A program made the position numbers and the translations under genes. Below the pieces are notes generated by a model. That model saw nothing but the letters and a program-made list of their open reading frames with translations, did no database searches and was not told the origin of the DNA. A stretch of DNA of 64,000 nucleotides from Candidatus Bathyarchaeota archaeon (lineage in GTDB: Archaea; Thermoproteota; Bathyarchaeia; Bathyarchaeales; Bathycorpusculaceae). The stretch is taken from NCBI GenBank assembly GCA_963768425.1, contig CAVYHV010000015.1, positions 24,427 through 88,426 on the forward strand. Direction: 5' to 3'. Shown here piece after piece: positions 11,701 through 22,572 of this stretch; position 1 is the first letter of the stretch, and the number at the start of each line of letters is the position of its first letter.

Positions 11701-12315
11701 AATAGCGTATCGGTGTTCAAAATTGGGGAATCTTTCTAATGTTTGGAGTACCCTCGAATGATTTGGTCCATGAAATTCTTCTGTGATAATTCGTATGGTT
11801 ACCTTTCGTTTCAAAGCGCTTTGGATGCTAAAGTTGTTAATGGCGATCCATCTGAGCAATCTTTCCAAAGAAACCATAATACAAATTTTGTCTTTGGCGT
11901 TTTCAAGATGTTTTTGTAGCTCAAGTTCAAGTGCGTCTCCTCGGATTAAAACGAGTTGATTGCTTTCGGAGTCAGATTTTGTATTTTCCTTCTCTTTCAG
12001 TTTCTCAATTATTTTGTTTGCTTTTTTGTCCAGATCTATGCTTTCTTTGGTTCTTCTCAGCATCAAAATGCCAACGGCGTCATTTATGGACAGAGGCTTA
12101 TACTTGGTTGGAACAGTAACTATTTTTTCAACTAGTCCAGCTTCTAGTAAGTCAATAATTGCTCTATAAGTGTCGGGGCGGGCTACTTTTGAAACATTAG
12201 CGATTTCGCTAATAGATCCCAAGCCTATCCGAAGGAGACCAAGATACGACTTTGCTTGTGTACCACTAAGACCGAGATCAACTAATGTTTTGATGTTTTC
12301 ATCAAGGGCACTCAA
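8724..12315 (-). CDS. TrmB-type HTH + PLD-like + multi-PAS + GAF sensor-regulator; ORFs 10399-12315 and 8724-10223 joined by about three 1-nt insertions
   Basis: N-terminal LVDLGLSGTQAKSYLGL wHTH; repeated DITERKKAE PAS ends; gap 10224-10420 decodes to GAF text (SLEFFQKQSGCEGVGIRLKDGDDYPYYETRGFP). Confidence 0.8.
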
Positions 12316-12514
12316 GATGCATTGCCTTCTACTCTTTGCAAATTGAGCAGTATTGTTCTGTTCTAGCGTATGTAGTCTTTAAGCTTTGGCGAATTCCACC
12401 CGATTTCGCTTAATTCAATTCAAAACTTTCAGAACAATATCCTGTTGGATGACCTTCCACCAACAACGGCTTATTACCTAAACAGTCTCTATAGACTACG
12501 GGGATGATTGTATT

Positions 12515-13015
12515 ATGGCTCTAGACGATTTGGATAGAAAAATAATACAATATCTAAGCTCCGGAACAAACTCCTATCAAGAACTTGCCCGAACATGCAA
12601 CGTTACAAGGAATACCATTTACCGGAGAGTTGCTGCCCTTGAAAAAGAAGGAATAATTAAGAATACCCTTCACTGCATCGTAAACTTGGAACAAATGGAC
12701 CTCGTTCCTGTAACGATTGGAGTAAGAATTCATCAAAGTGACCAAGATAGAGCGATCAATCTGCTGACAACAAACAGGAACGTGAGATTTCTGTGGCGAA
12801 CCTATGGAGAGCACAACCTGATGCTCGTTGCTTTTTGTCCCAAAGGCAAAGAAGGCGAAATAATCCAAGATATCAAAGCTGCCCTTGAAGAACTAAACTC
12901 AGAACACATATGTGTATCTGTTGGTTACGTGTGGGAAAAGATGAGCTATTCGCCGTTTGATGACCAAACGGAATTTGAAACGAAAATAGCGCAGATAATA
13001 GAAAATAGATATTGA
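12515..13015 (+). CDS. Lrp/AsnC family transcriptional regulator
   Basis: LDDLDRKII...ELAR...TIYRRV HTH plus RAM domain (TYGEHNL). Confidence 0.9.
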   Translation: MALDDLDRKIIQYLSSGTNSYQELARTCNVTRNTIYRRVAALEKEGIIKNTLHCIVNLEQMDLVPVTIGVRIHQSDQDRAINLLTTNRNVRFLWRTYGEHNLMLVAFCPKGKEGEIIQDIKAALEELNSEHICVSVGYVWEKMSYSPFDDQTEFETKIAQIIENRY

Positions 13016-13110
13016 TATTTACCAAAAACAGTAATCAGGCGTAACTATGTTTGTTTGATTCGAGAATGAAAGGAACAAATCTGTTTATTTGCTGAAATCG
13101 TAAGAGAAAC

Positions 13111-13552
13111 TCAGATTGCTGTTGACGAGCAACTAACCTTTCTGTTCTCGGATTGAAGCAGGCTTTGTTTTAGATCCAGCAGGACAAAGCTTCGCAGAGC
13201 ACTTATCGCTGCAAACTTGGCTATAACGTCTAGAAACAAGTCTGGAAATGTCTCTAGCCACTTCCGGTAAGATACCCTGATGGAAACATCAGTGGTGCCT
13301 AATTGATTTGCAAGCTCATTTTGCTTCTTAATAGCATCATATCGGTAACTTAGAAGATAGAATAAGCCTCCAACAATGGACTTGGAGCTTTTACCGCTAA
13401 AAAATACAAATTTTCTGTGCATAAGTCTGATTAAGGATTTGCATAGTCTCGGAGGTTACTGTGTCAGCAATTGATTTATCATACCAGACAGCATGTGCCG
13501 CAAAAGAGATTTCATCCAGAGGTATACGTCTTAGCAAACTCAATCTTTTCAC
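13111..13552 (-). CDS. small TFIIB C-terminal (cyclin-fold)-like protein, one frameshift near 13420
   Basis: SGKSSKSIVGGLFYL...QNELANQLGTTDVSIRVSYRK resembles the TFB C-terminal repeat; an upstream frame from GTG 13552 joins on removing one base. Confidence 0.55.
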
Positions 13553-13763
13553 TTCGTCTGTTAATCAAGATAAGTCAGCTCCTGACAGGGTTATCATTAC
13601 CGCCCTACGCAAAAGAAACGTTTTTGTCATTTTTTTTGCACAAATTTATCTATTCAATGGAAATAGTGCATTATGTCGAGAAGAACTGACTATTAAGATT
13701 GCTTTGCCATGAGTTCATAAAGGCTATTAACAGTTCACTCGTTTTCAGAATAAAGGTAACAAA

Positions 13764-16397
13764 ATGAGTATTAGAAATGCTTCAGCTGCGTCCAAGGTTC
13801 AAATTGCAGAAGATGAAAGTTCTCGACCCATTTTCAGCTTAGGTTCTTCTGTCCAAGAAGAAGCCTTGCATATTTTGCATGTTGATGATGACGCTGTCGC
13901 TCTTGCAAGTTTCGAAAATGATTCTGGAGACTGAAAACAACTTCTTGATTGACGTGGCAATTTCTGTTGATGATGCTTTAAAAAAATTGCGAATGCACAA
14001 TCCTACGATGCGATTGTTTCAGACTATGAAATGCCCCTGAAAAACGGATTAGAATTCTTGAAAGAACTCAGGGACCAAAACAATCAAATTCCTTTCATCC
14101 TGTTTACGGGCAAAGGCAGAGAAGATGTTGCGGTCAAAGCTTTGAATTTGGGCGCTGACAGCTACATCAACAAAAACGGTTCTCCAGAAACAGTCTACTG
14201 CGAATTGGCAGATGCCATAAACAAGACTGTAGACCGCAAGAAGTCAAAGCAACTGCTTGTCGAGTCAGAGATGAAGTATCGCACGCTGGTTGAAAAATCG
14301 CTTCAGGGAATACTGATTACTCAAACTTCTCCGCTGCAACTGGTTTTTGCCAACGAGTCCATGGGAAACATTTTGGGCTATACTAATGACGAGTTGAAGT
14401 CACTTTCACCTTTAGAAATTGCAGGACTAATATATGACGAGGACAAAGCCGTTTTCTTTAGCCGCTTAGAAAGCCGCATACATGGGGAACCATCGGACTC
14501 AAGCCTTGAGTTTAGAGCAGTACGAAAAGACGGATCGATAGTTTGGCTGGAAGCATTCTCAAGCCGCATTGAATATATGGGGCAACCAGCGGTGCAGGGC
14601 ATGTTTCTGGACATTGATGAACGCAAGAAGGTCAGCGAGATTTTGCGTGAAAGCGAACAAAGATATCGGGAACTGGCAAATTCTCTGCCGAACATTGTTT
14701 ATGAATCTGACACAACTGGAAAGCTGGAATTTGTCAATGAGAAGGCACATGAGATTTCGGGCTATTCTCAGGGGAAGCTTGAAAAAGGGATGAATGTTCT
14801 GCAGTTCATTGTTCCTGAAGACAGAGAAAGAGCAATGAAAAATATGGAGCGGTTGTTAGCGGGAGGCAGTTATGTTCCTGCTGAGTACCTTTTCTTGCGG
14901 AAAGACGGAACCACTTTCCCAGCACTTATCACGACAACTCTTCGTATTTCCAAAGACAAGGTGACAGGGCTTAGAGGCTTGGTAATTGACATTACTGAAC
15001 CCAAAAAAATGGAGCAAGAATTTAGGGACTTGGCGAAATTTCCTTCCGAAAATCCTAATCCTATCTTGCGCGTCTCAAAAGACAACCTGGTCTTGTATGT
15101 AAACCAAGCTGCAAAGTTATTGTTAAAGGAGATGAACATTGAAATCGGACAACCTACGCCCCTCTTCTTGAATCAGTCTATTGCCACGACTCTGAATTCA
15201 GGTTTTAGTCAGGAGGCTGAGTTTGAGCAAAACCAGCGAACGTACTTGTTTACAATAGCTCCGATAAAAGACGCTTCTTATGTCAACGTGTATGGACTAG
15301 AAATCACCGAACGCAAGAAAGCTGAAGAGGCTCTTAGGCAAGAGCGGGATATGCTTGAGTCAGTTACGTCAGCCAGCGGTGCTGGTTGGGTAATTGTCAG
15401 TAAAGACTACCATGTGTTATGGGCAAACGATTTTATAAAACGATACAAAGGTGACACCATAGGAAAATTATGTTATGCAACGCTCAACAGTTTAGATACG
15501 CCTTGCCATGATTGCGGGGTCGCAAAAATTTTTGCGGGAAAAACAACATTTGACTCCCACGAATATTTCTCTACGACTGTTGATGGCAACCCGTACTGGG
15601 TTGAAATTGTCGCTACCCCCTGTACGGATGGGAATGGAAACGTTACGTCCGCAGTGGAGATTTGTGTAGATATAACAGAACGCAAGAAAAACGACGAGAA
15701 ACTAAGAGAAAGCATTCATAAAAACGAATTAATCAATGAGAAACTCAGCGTTGTTGGCAGTTTAACTAGGCATGACGTGGGCAACAAACTCACGGTTGTA
15801 AAATCCAATATTTATTTGCTCAAGAAACAAATTGGCGACAATCCAAAATTAGCTAAGTACCTTGAAGGCATCGACTCTGCAATTAACCTGTCAGATGAGA
15901 TGTTTGAGTTTAGCCGTTCCTACGAGAAAATTGGAGTAGAAAAACCTTCAAAAATAGATGTTGCCGAATGCTTTAATCAAGCTATCGCAATTTTGCCTAA
16001 TTTGTGCACAATAAAAATCATCAATGATTGCCAAGGGCTAGAGGTAATGGCTGATTCGCTGCTTAAGAAACTTTTCTACAACTTACTCGACAACTCGCTA
16101 AAGTACGGGGAAAAAGTCAGGCAGATTCAACTGCACTTCAGTAAAGAAGATGAAGGGATAAAGCTGTTCTACGAAGACAACGGAGTCGGAATACCCGAAG
16201 CTAACAAGCAAAAACTCTTTACAGAAGGTTTCACCACAGGAAAAAGCGCAGGGCTTGGGCTGTTCCTGATAAAGAAAATGGTCGAAGTCTACGGCTGGAC
16301 AATAACTGAAGAAGGAGAACCAGCCAAAGGAGCAAAATTTGTAATAACAATTCCTAGGCTAAATAAAAATGGGAAAGAGAACTTTCAAATTGCGTAA
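13764..16397 (+). CDS. hybrid sensor kinase REC-PAS(n)-HisKA/HATPase; REC domain split by two indels before 14031
   Basis: LHILHVDDD and YDAIVSDYEMP in upstream frames; LTRHDVGNKL H-box, NLLDNSLKYG N-box, EDNGVG and GLGL G-boxes. Confidence 0.85.
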
Positions 16398-16419
16398 CAA
16401 GTTAAGGTAGTGTTTAACT

Positions 16420-16788
16420 ATGACAATAGAAAATACTCAAAAACAAGTAGAGTTTGCAGTGACGACTGACGCATCAGGAATACATGCGACTTTTGTGAAA
16501 GTCGCCAAAACGACCGATATCCCATTGGGAAAGATGAGGCACCTGGAAGTTGATGGGCAAGCGGTACTTATTGCTAACGTCAAAGGTAAGTTTTATGCTG
16601 TCTGCGACATATGCCCTCATCTGAGTGCTATGCTATCCAAGGGAACTCTGAATGACTCAATCGTTATTTGCCCTCGCCATTTTTCAAGCTTCGACGTGAC
16701 AACAGGAAGAGCAATTTCTGGAACGCGCAGCCGCTTGCGAACTTACGAACTGAAAGTGGACGGCAACGACTTGCTTATTGAAAGCTGA
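16420..16788 (+). CDS. Rieske [2Fe-2S] ferredoxin
   Basis: CPHLSAML...CPRHFSSFD (CxH...CxxH). Confidence 0.85.
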   Translation: MTIENTQKQVEFAVTTDASGIHATFVKVAKTTDIPLGKMRHLEVDGQAVLIANVKGKFYAVCDICPHLSAMLSKGTLNDSIVICPRHFSSFDVTTGRAISGTRSRLRTYELKVDGNDLLIES

Positions 16789-16912
16789 GTAACAAGTGAA
16801 AAACACTTTTTTGTTTATTTTCGAGGAATGATGCCATGAAATTCACCCAAAATACCTCACCTTGACTGTTTTTGAGAAAAAAAGCTTACTGGTGATGTCA
16901 CCAATAGTCAGA

Positions 16913-16970
16913 GGTTCAAATCACACTAACACGTTCGGTTCAAATCACACTAACACGTTCGGTTCAAATC
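16913..16970 (+). repeat. 24-bp tandem repeat (2 units plus 10 bp) running into a tRNA-3'-like tail
   Basis: GGTTCAAATCACACTAACACGTTC x2, then GGTTCAAATCCCATCGGATCCGCAC. Confidence 0.9.
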
Positions 16971-17121
16971 CCATCGGATCCGCACGTAAATTCATCAAAT
17001 TAGTTTTAGTGGTAAATTGGCGTCAAAATCCCCCGCCTGATACGCGCACGCTTTCTTGCCCAGATGGGAATCTCGCACACCGTTTAGGTCGAATTTAAAA
17101 AACTTGCTTATGTGATAAAGA

Positions 17122-18821
17122 CTATTGCCTTAAATTTTTGTTTTTTCTAAAGAACTGAAAGAGCGTAGCTATCATAGCGAGGCTGACTATTGCTCCAAGG
17201 GCTATTCCTTCCAGCACTTCGGTAGGGTCAATCGCGTTTTTTGGAGAACTGCTAAGGTCTACGATGATTTGGTGGGTACAGAGGTGGTATGAGAAGGTCA
17301 GTATCCAAGAATCAGCATTTGACGAAACCGTGAAGCTTTCCGCGTTTCCGTCGATATACGCTTTGATGTTTGATGTTTCGTTAACAAGCGACTTTGCGAT
17401 GTAAACGTCGGCGTAGCCTCTTGTCCCGTTTAGTCCACTCACTGTGAAACTAAGCTGCCCGCTTGTCGAGTTGAACGCCAAGTCAGTCACTGTCGAATTC
17501 GACGCTACAGAGAATGCGTCCTGCGCGTCCGCGGAGTTGTAGGGGGTAACCACAAAGTTAACTATGTGCTTGTTCCAGAGAAAACTGCGTTGCCCGCATA
17601 GGTGGCGTTGATGACGTAGTATCCAGTGACTGCAGGCAGCCACTCCGCTAAGAAGCCGCCGTTGGAATCTGTCTCGATTGTGGTTAGATTCAGCCAGGAG
17701 CCGCCTCCTGTTACGCTGTACGCGAGCAGAATCGGAGCTTCAGGGACACCCGGCCGTTGTAGGTTAAGCTGCCGTTGATTTCAACCATGAAGTTGGATAG
17801 TGTTGTAGAGCTTTGGCATGAAACGGCAAGAGTCGGCTTAAGCGACGAAGGATATGACAGATTAGCCGGTTTTGAATTCACAGTCAAGGTGTATGCTGCT
17901 TGCCCGTTTGCCGTTAGCACGTCCACAATTAACGGGTCCCCTAGGTTAATGTTCCAAGGTCCTGTTCCGTTAACACTTAAATCTGAACCGAAGCCACCTA
18001 AGACTATTTGGTGGTCAGACCAATTTACCAGGTCAATACCAATCGGGCATTCGATATCGTCTCTGGCAGCCTGCTTCCCAGCTGTCAAAGCCCTCTTCGT
18101 CGTATATTCTTATGACGGGAGTTGTGCCTCCGGCTACGGTGTCAATTGACCCATCGGACATGTTTGTAACCTGCGGCTGGATGTTGCCGAATCCGTTGCC
18201 GTCTATTATGATGGTTTGGTTTCGAGCTGCGGCTATGGGACTGACATAAGTTATGGCTGTGGGTTCTGCGACGCTAGACGGAGCATTAGGACCTACACTA
18301 ACAGTGTACACTGCTTGCCCGTAAATAGTAAGTACGGCTATCAGCAGGGGATCTCCTGCCGCAATACTCCATTGAGTTTGATTGTTTGAGCCGCCGGAAC
18401 CAAGTGCTGAGCCGAATCCACCCAAAACTATTTTGTCATTTGACCAAGCCTTTAAGATAACGCCTATCGAATCTGCGCCGGAACCTGGGGAATCTTGAAC
18501 GCCAGCTTCCCAGCTGTTTGGTGGTTGCCCTAAATCGTAAATCCTGATGACTGGTGTGTCTCCTCCGCCAACGGTGTCGACGGAGCCGTCGCCTAAACTC
18601 AAAAGTTGAGGCTGAACGTTCCCGAAGTTGGTGCCGACTATAGTTATAGTCTGCTGTGTAGTTGCGGTTACTGGGGTTACTGAAGAAATTGAAGGTGACA
18701 CTTCACCAGGCGCCCCAGCGGATGTTATGCTCTGGGATGAGCCTAACTGTAAACTTCCAGCTAACAATAATCCACCAACCATCAAAACTATCAACAGCGC
18801 ACTCCGAAGTATCGCCTTCAT
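17122..18821 (-). CDS. cell-surface protein with two IPT/TIG-like repeats and a C-terminal TM anchor, split into three or more frames
   Basis: signal peptide MKAILRS...; repeated QTI.I.G.NFGN.QPQ...GS.DTV.GG.TPVIRIYD...SWEAG; C-terminal TM helix plus basic tail. Confidence 0.7.
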
Positions 18822-19127
18822 GGTTACACCATATTTCCACCGTACCATCCGTAGCCTTATAAGCGGTCGCTTTTAATCATGGATCTTTAAGAAACCAAAA
18901 AAATTTCACCTTCAGCATTCTTGCCGAAGAATCAACGGCTTAAGCCTTCAAAAACTTCAATAACGGTGTAACTTTGTATTTTAAGGGCAAAATTGAACCT
19001 TTAAATAGCACATACATTAGCTTTCACCGCCGTTTTGTGTTCACTGGTGTTGTCAGCCTCAACACTTAAAACAGATGCCCAGAATTCGGCTGATTGGCGC
19101 TTATACACATAGTCAAAATATCCTAGT

Positions 19128-19165
19128 GACGGTTTAAACGACGGCGTCAAGCTAGCCCTCGGCAC
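19128..19165 (+). repeat. att-like site R1
   Basis: GACGGTTTAAACGACGGCGTCAAGCTAGCCCTCGGCAC; last 11 nt equal tRNA-Phe 4192-4202. Confidence 0.9.
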
Positions 19166-19306
19166 TTTTGCTTATTTTATGCTTGTTTCTTGACAATTTC
19201 TTGGTTCTTCGCAAAGAAAGGGAAAAGTACACTCGCTTTGGCTGTTCAAACCTCCCGGACCATAATGCAGTTAGAACTCTGCAGGGTTCAAAACCCGTAG
19301 AGTCCC
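19155..19306 (+). repeat. conserved unit left arm, copy 2
   Basis: homologous to 4192-4322 plus 5959-5985 and to 28055-28208. Confidence 0.85.
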
Positions 19307-19479
19307 AAACTCGAAGCCTGATACAATCCCCTTAAATAATTATTCATCTGAATTCCAATCCTCTCTTGATGCTCAGAAGGCCGAGACCGTCTGGCCTCCA
19401 CCCAACCTACTTTAAAAGACCTTGGCCATGTTGTCTAAAAAAAGACAATGCAGAATTGCCTTCAGAGAATTTAGAGTTT

Positions 19480-19588
19480 GCTGAGGCTCTGGAAACTAAG
19501 GAAGAAAAGTTTTTTCTTTAGGAGAATAAAGAAAAATGCAAATTCTTCAATTGCAGCTAATTTGAAATGTAACCAGAGCCTTCTCGGC
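19480..19588. repeat. about 105-bp inverted-repeat-bounded element, copy A
   Basis: GCTGAGGCTCTGG...CCAGAGCCTTCTCGGC; homologous to 23671-23776 and 33351-33455. Confidence 0.8.
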
Positions 19589-19672
19589 GCCCATTCTTTT
19601 ATCGCTCCATTTTCTCATGGTTTTAAAGGACTAAAAAAAGGAAAAAAGGAATTTTGTGTTGGTTTTTGTTGT

Positions 19673-22393
19673 TTACGGGTGTTTTCTTGTGACGAGGAGT
19701 GCGAGTACCGCGCCGATTACGATTATGATGATGGCAATTGCTATAATTCCGTATTCGACTGTGGCGTTTGACGCTAAACCTGTAGTTGGTGTTGATGTTG
19801 GTGCTGCTGTTGCTGCTGCGTTTTGTACAGGAATGGCGGTTTCTGCGCTTGAACCCCAGTAACCATTAGTGCCTGAGAAGGTTGCAGTAACAACGTATTT
19901 GCCTGGAATACTTGGAGGCGCCCACATGTAGCTGAATGCGCCTTTTGAATCAGTTGTTGCGGTGCCAAGAGTAATGAAGTTGCCGTTCGGGTCTGTGGCA
20001 GTCAACGTTACTGTAACGCCTGTGAAATTAGTTGGTTCTGGCTGCTGCTGATAAACGTAGCCCATCCAAGCCTTCATGCTTGTTTCAGAGCAAACTGGGA
20101 CTCCATATGGAAAGTCTGCTTTCTGTTCTGTTTGCTGTGTGCCAGCGGAAGTATCTATCACCGTGCCCTGAATAATTACGCTGTTGCCTGCTGTGACAGT
20201 AGTCAGTGGCGCCTGTACAGTAGTAGCACTAGGTCCTCTGCCTACAACGTAGATTGAATTGTCATAACCGTTAAACCATGTATTATAGCCATCAGCCATA
20301 GCATAGCTCATCTGCCCGAACTCGGCGGTTACGCCAGAAATAGTCCATATCTCCTGACCTGTAGTAGCGTTAATAGCCCGTGCTTCCGCGCCCTTGTAAA
20401 TCGGCGTTGTCCAAGTATGTGCACTGGTAACTGTGTAAACTATTCCGTTGCCAATAGCTTGCAGCTGGGTTGGATAAACACCATAAGGATAGTTTAAGCC
20501 GGCGTTAGTACTGTTGCCTGCGCCGCCATTGCCATAAGTCCACAATAGCTTTCCAGTCAAATCGTTGTAGCAATAGACTGTTCCTCCGTATGCGCTGCTG
20601 TAAAGATGACCATAAGCTACCGCGCCAGGTAATGTGCCTTCCGATGTACTGCCATAGTAATCAATAGCTTGTTGTGGTGGAGCCGTCCATAAATAGCTAC
20701 CGTCAGTTAAGCTGTATCCAACCCATTGGACACCTTCTTTGTAATCCTGCATAAAGACGCGAGTGCTCCAATCGACTGGGCCTTGCACGACTGTGTAGTT
20801 ATTTGCTGGCGCTTGAAGTGTTTTCCACCATAGGACCGAACCGATTGCCCCCTTAGATGCGTTGAGGTTAACAAAGAAGTACGTGTAGGGAGCTGAGCTT
20901 ACCCAACTGTAAAGCGCGTTTTGGCCGTTTGAAGGCATAGTACCGTTCATACAAAGTAACCCATCATTGTAGTTAGCTGAAACAACGATAAATGGCGCGG
21001 TCATGGTGTTGATATATGGTGTCGAAACGTTCCAGTCATAATAGCTTCCGCTGCCCCCATCAATTGTGCCCGTTGGGCCTCCCGGCGCTGGCCAAAGGTT
21101 CCATGCAAACAACAGAGATGAGTTCCACTCAGCAAGATTCCAATTTGGTTTCGCTGTTGTTCCTGCGTTTGCAAAGACATAGTCTAAGTAATTACCGTCT
21201 GGCCCCATTGCCCTTGCAGAGCCCTCAAGGAACGGACTAGGTGGACTTCCTAACTGTGCATTGGTGTATACGGGAATGTTAGTTACATTTAACAAAGACT
21301 GCCCTGTGTCACCGTCATAAATCAGCCAACTTGAACCAATTACAGCAACTATCATTGGCGGAGTAACTCCGTGCTCGTTCACTGTGTCAACTGATTGGAC
21401 GTACCCAAATGATAAAGGCGGTATGTTAGAGTTGCTCCAAATTTGCTGTCCTGTCCGCAGGTCGACGCAAACAGTAGGTCCGTAAGCGAATGTAAATCCA
21501 AACGGTATGGTGTTCCAATAACCTGCACCTTCAAAGCCTACTGGTTCAGTATAGTAAATCATTCCATCCAGAATTATCGGATTGTTGTATCTAATCAAAT
21601 ACGCAGATCCGTCGAAGTAAGTGTCCGCCGGAATGGCAACATTGTTTCCTCCAACTACTCCTCCAGATTGAAGCGACTTAGTCCACATAACATGGCTAGT
21701 TTGAGATCCTACAGCATCTCCAGGTGCAATCTGCATGAAGGTATTAGGTCCAGAGAGAGCATCCTGACCAGTATTCATATAGCCGCCATAGTTTGGTGCA
21801 CCGATACCTAGCCAGTTTGATGCAATCGTGTACCAGTTGGTGTTTTCGCCGTATATTGGTCGCGTCCAATAAGCGGTTGGAAGTGGGGCACCAGTCAAAA
21901 CATTAGCTACGGGTGTGCTCGAAACAGTAACCGACGTTGATGCTGAAGCAGGTGCAAATGAATCGTTAGTGTACGGGTCATCCGCTGTGATTGTTTCTCC
22001 CGGGTAAGAAAAGGTCAGGTTGTAAACGCCGAGTTGGTCAGGAACAAAGCTTGTGTGTTGATTTGAGGTTGTGTCGAAGACAGTAGGAAAATTCTGCGTT
22101 GTTACTGCACCATTAGGGGCGGTAATAGTAAGTTTATAGTTGTGGAATCTAAGGTTGTTACTTATCGATGCTCCGGGGTATGTATTGGTTAGCCACAGAT
22201 AAACTGATATTGTCTGACCGACACCGTCTGGGTTAGGCGAAGCCCAAATGTATGCGTAGGTTGGAATTTGCCATGCTGGCGTGTGTGCGTTAGCGTTTGG
22301 TATTATTATCAGTGAAGCTGTCATCAAAAATGTTAAAAGTACTGCAATAAAAACTGCCATTGTTTTACTTTTCATTTTTTTCATTTTTTTCAC
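19673..22393 (-). CDS. secreted PQQ-like beta-propeller surface protein with C-terminal TM anchor, paralog 1
   Basis: signal peptide ending ANAHTP; repeated DxxTGxxxW blades; Thr/Ala/Pro linker, TM helix, RKHP end. Confidence 0.85.
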   Translation of the reverse strand: MKKMKKMKSKTMAVFIAVLLTFLMTASLIIIPNANAHTPAWQIPTYAYIWASPNPDGVGQTISVYLWLTNTYPGASISNNLRFHNYKLTITAPNGAVTTQNFPTVFDTTSNQHTSFVPDQLGVYNLTFSYPGETITADDPYTNDSFAPASASTSVTVSSTPVANVLTGAPLPTAYWTRPIYGENTNWYTIASNWLGIGAPNYGGYMNTGQDALSGPNTFMQIAPGDAVGSQTSHVMWTKSLQSGGVVGGNNVAIPADTYFDGSAYLIRYNNPIILDGMIYYTEPVGFEGAGYWNTIPFGFTFAYGPTVCVDLRTGQQIWSNSNIPPLSFGYVQSVDTVNEHGVTPPMIVAVIGSSWLIYDGDTGQSLLNVTNIPVYTNAQLGSPPSPFLEGSARAMGPDGNYLDYVFANAGTTAKPNWNLAEWNSSLLFAWNLWPAPGGPTGTIDGGSGSYYDWNVSTPYINTMTAPFIVVSANYNDGLLCMNGTMPSNGQNALYSWVSSAPYTYFFVNLNASKGAIGSVLWWKTLQAPANNYTVVQGPVDWSTRVFMQDYKEGVQWVGYSLTDGSYLWTAPPQQAIDYYGSTSEGTLPGAVAYGHLYSSAYGGTVYCYNDLTGKLLWTYGNGGAGNSTNAGLNYPYGVYPTQLQAIGNGIVYTVTSAHTWTTPIYKGAEARAINATTGQEIWTISGVTAEFGQMSYAMADGYNTWFNGYDNSIYVVGRGPSATTVQAPLTTVTAGNSVIIQGTVIDTSAGTQQTEQKADFPYGVPVCSETSMKAWMGYVYQQQPEPTNFTGVTVTLTATDPNGNFITLGTATTDSKGAFSYMWAPPSIPGKYVVTATFSGTNGYWGSSAETAIPVQNAAATAAPTSTPTTGLASNATVEYGIIAIAIIIIVIGAVLALLVTRKHP

Positions 22394-22554
22394 TGAATTG
22401 CTTATTTATCGATCGCCTTATATGCCTTTGTTGTATAACGCAAAATAATGGACAAAACTCTTGAAATCCCACCTTTTGACTGAATATTTCACGTTTTTAG
22501 TTAATAAAGGAGAAGCATCACCAAAAAACGTCACAATTCAGTTTATGTAGCACC
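22385..22554. promoter_or_regulatory. divergent promoter block, duplicated at 26874-27044
   Basis: colinear about 170-bp similarity ending in GTTTATGTAGCACC in both copies. Confidence 0.75.
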
Positions 22555-22572
22555 TCAGGTAACAGTGTTTGC

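Noticed and set aside
9125-15700. Recurring nucleotide motif GAACGCAAGAAAGCTGAA and variants
   Set aside because: It simply encodes the DITERKKAE end of PAS domains and is not an independent DNA repeat.
19673-22393. Calling the propeller proteins PQQ-dependent dehydrogenases
   Set aside because: Only the blade repeat pattern is visible; I cannot identify catalytic or PQQ-binding residues, and no pqq genes are in the window.
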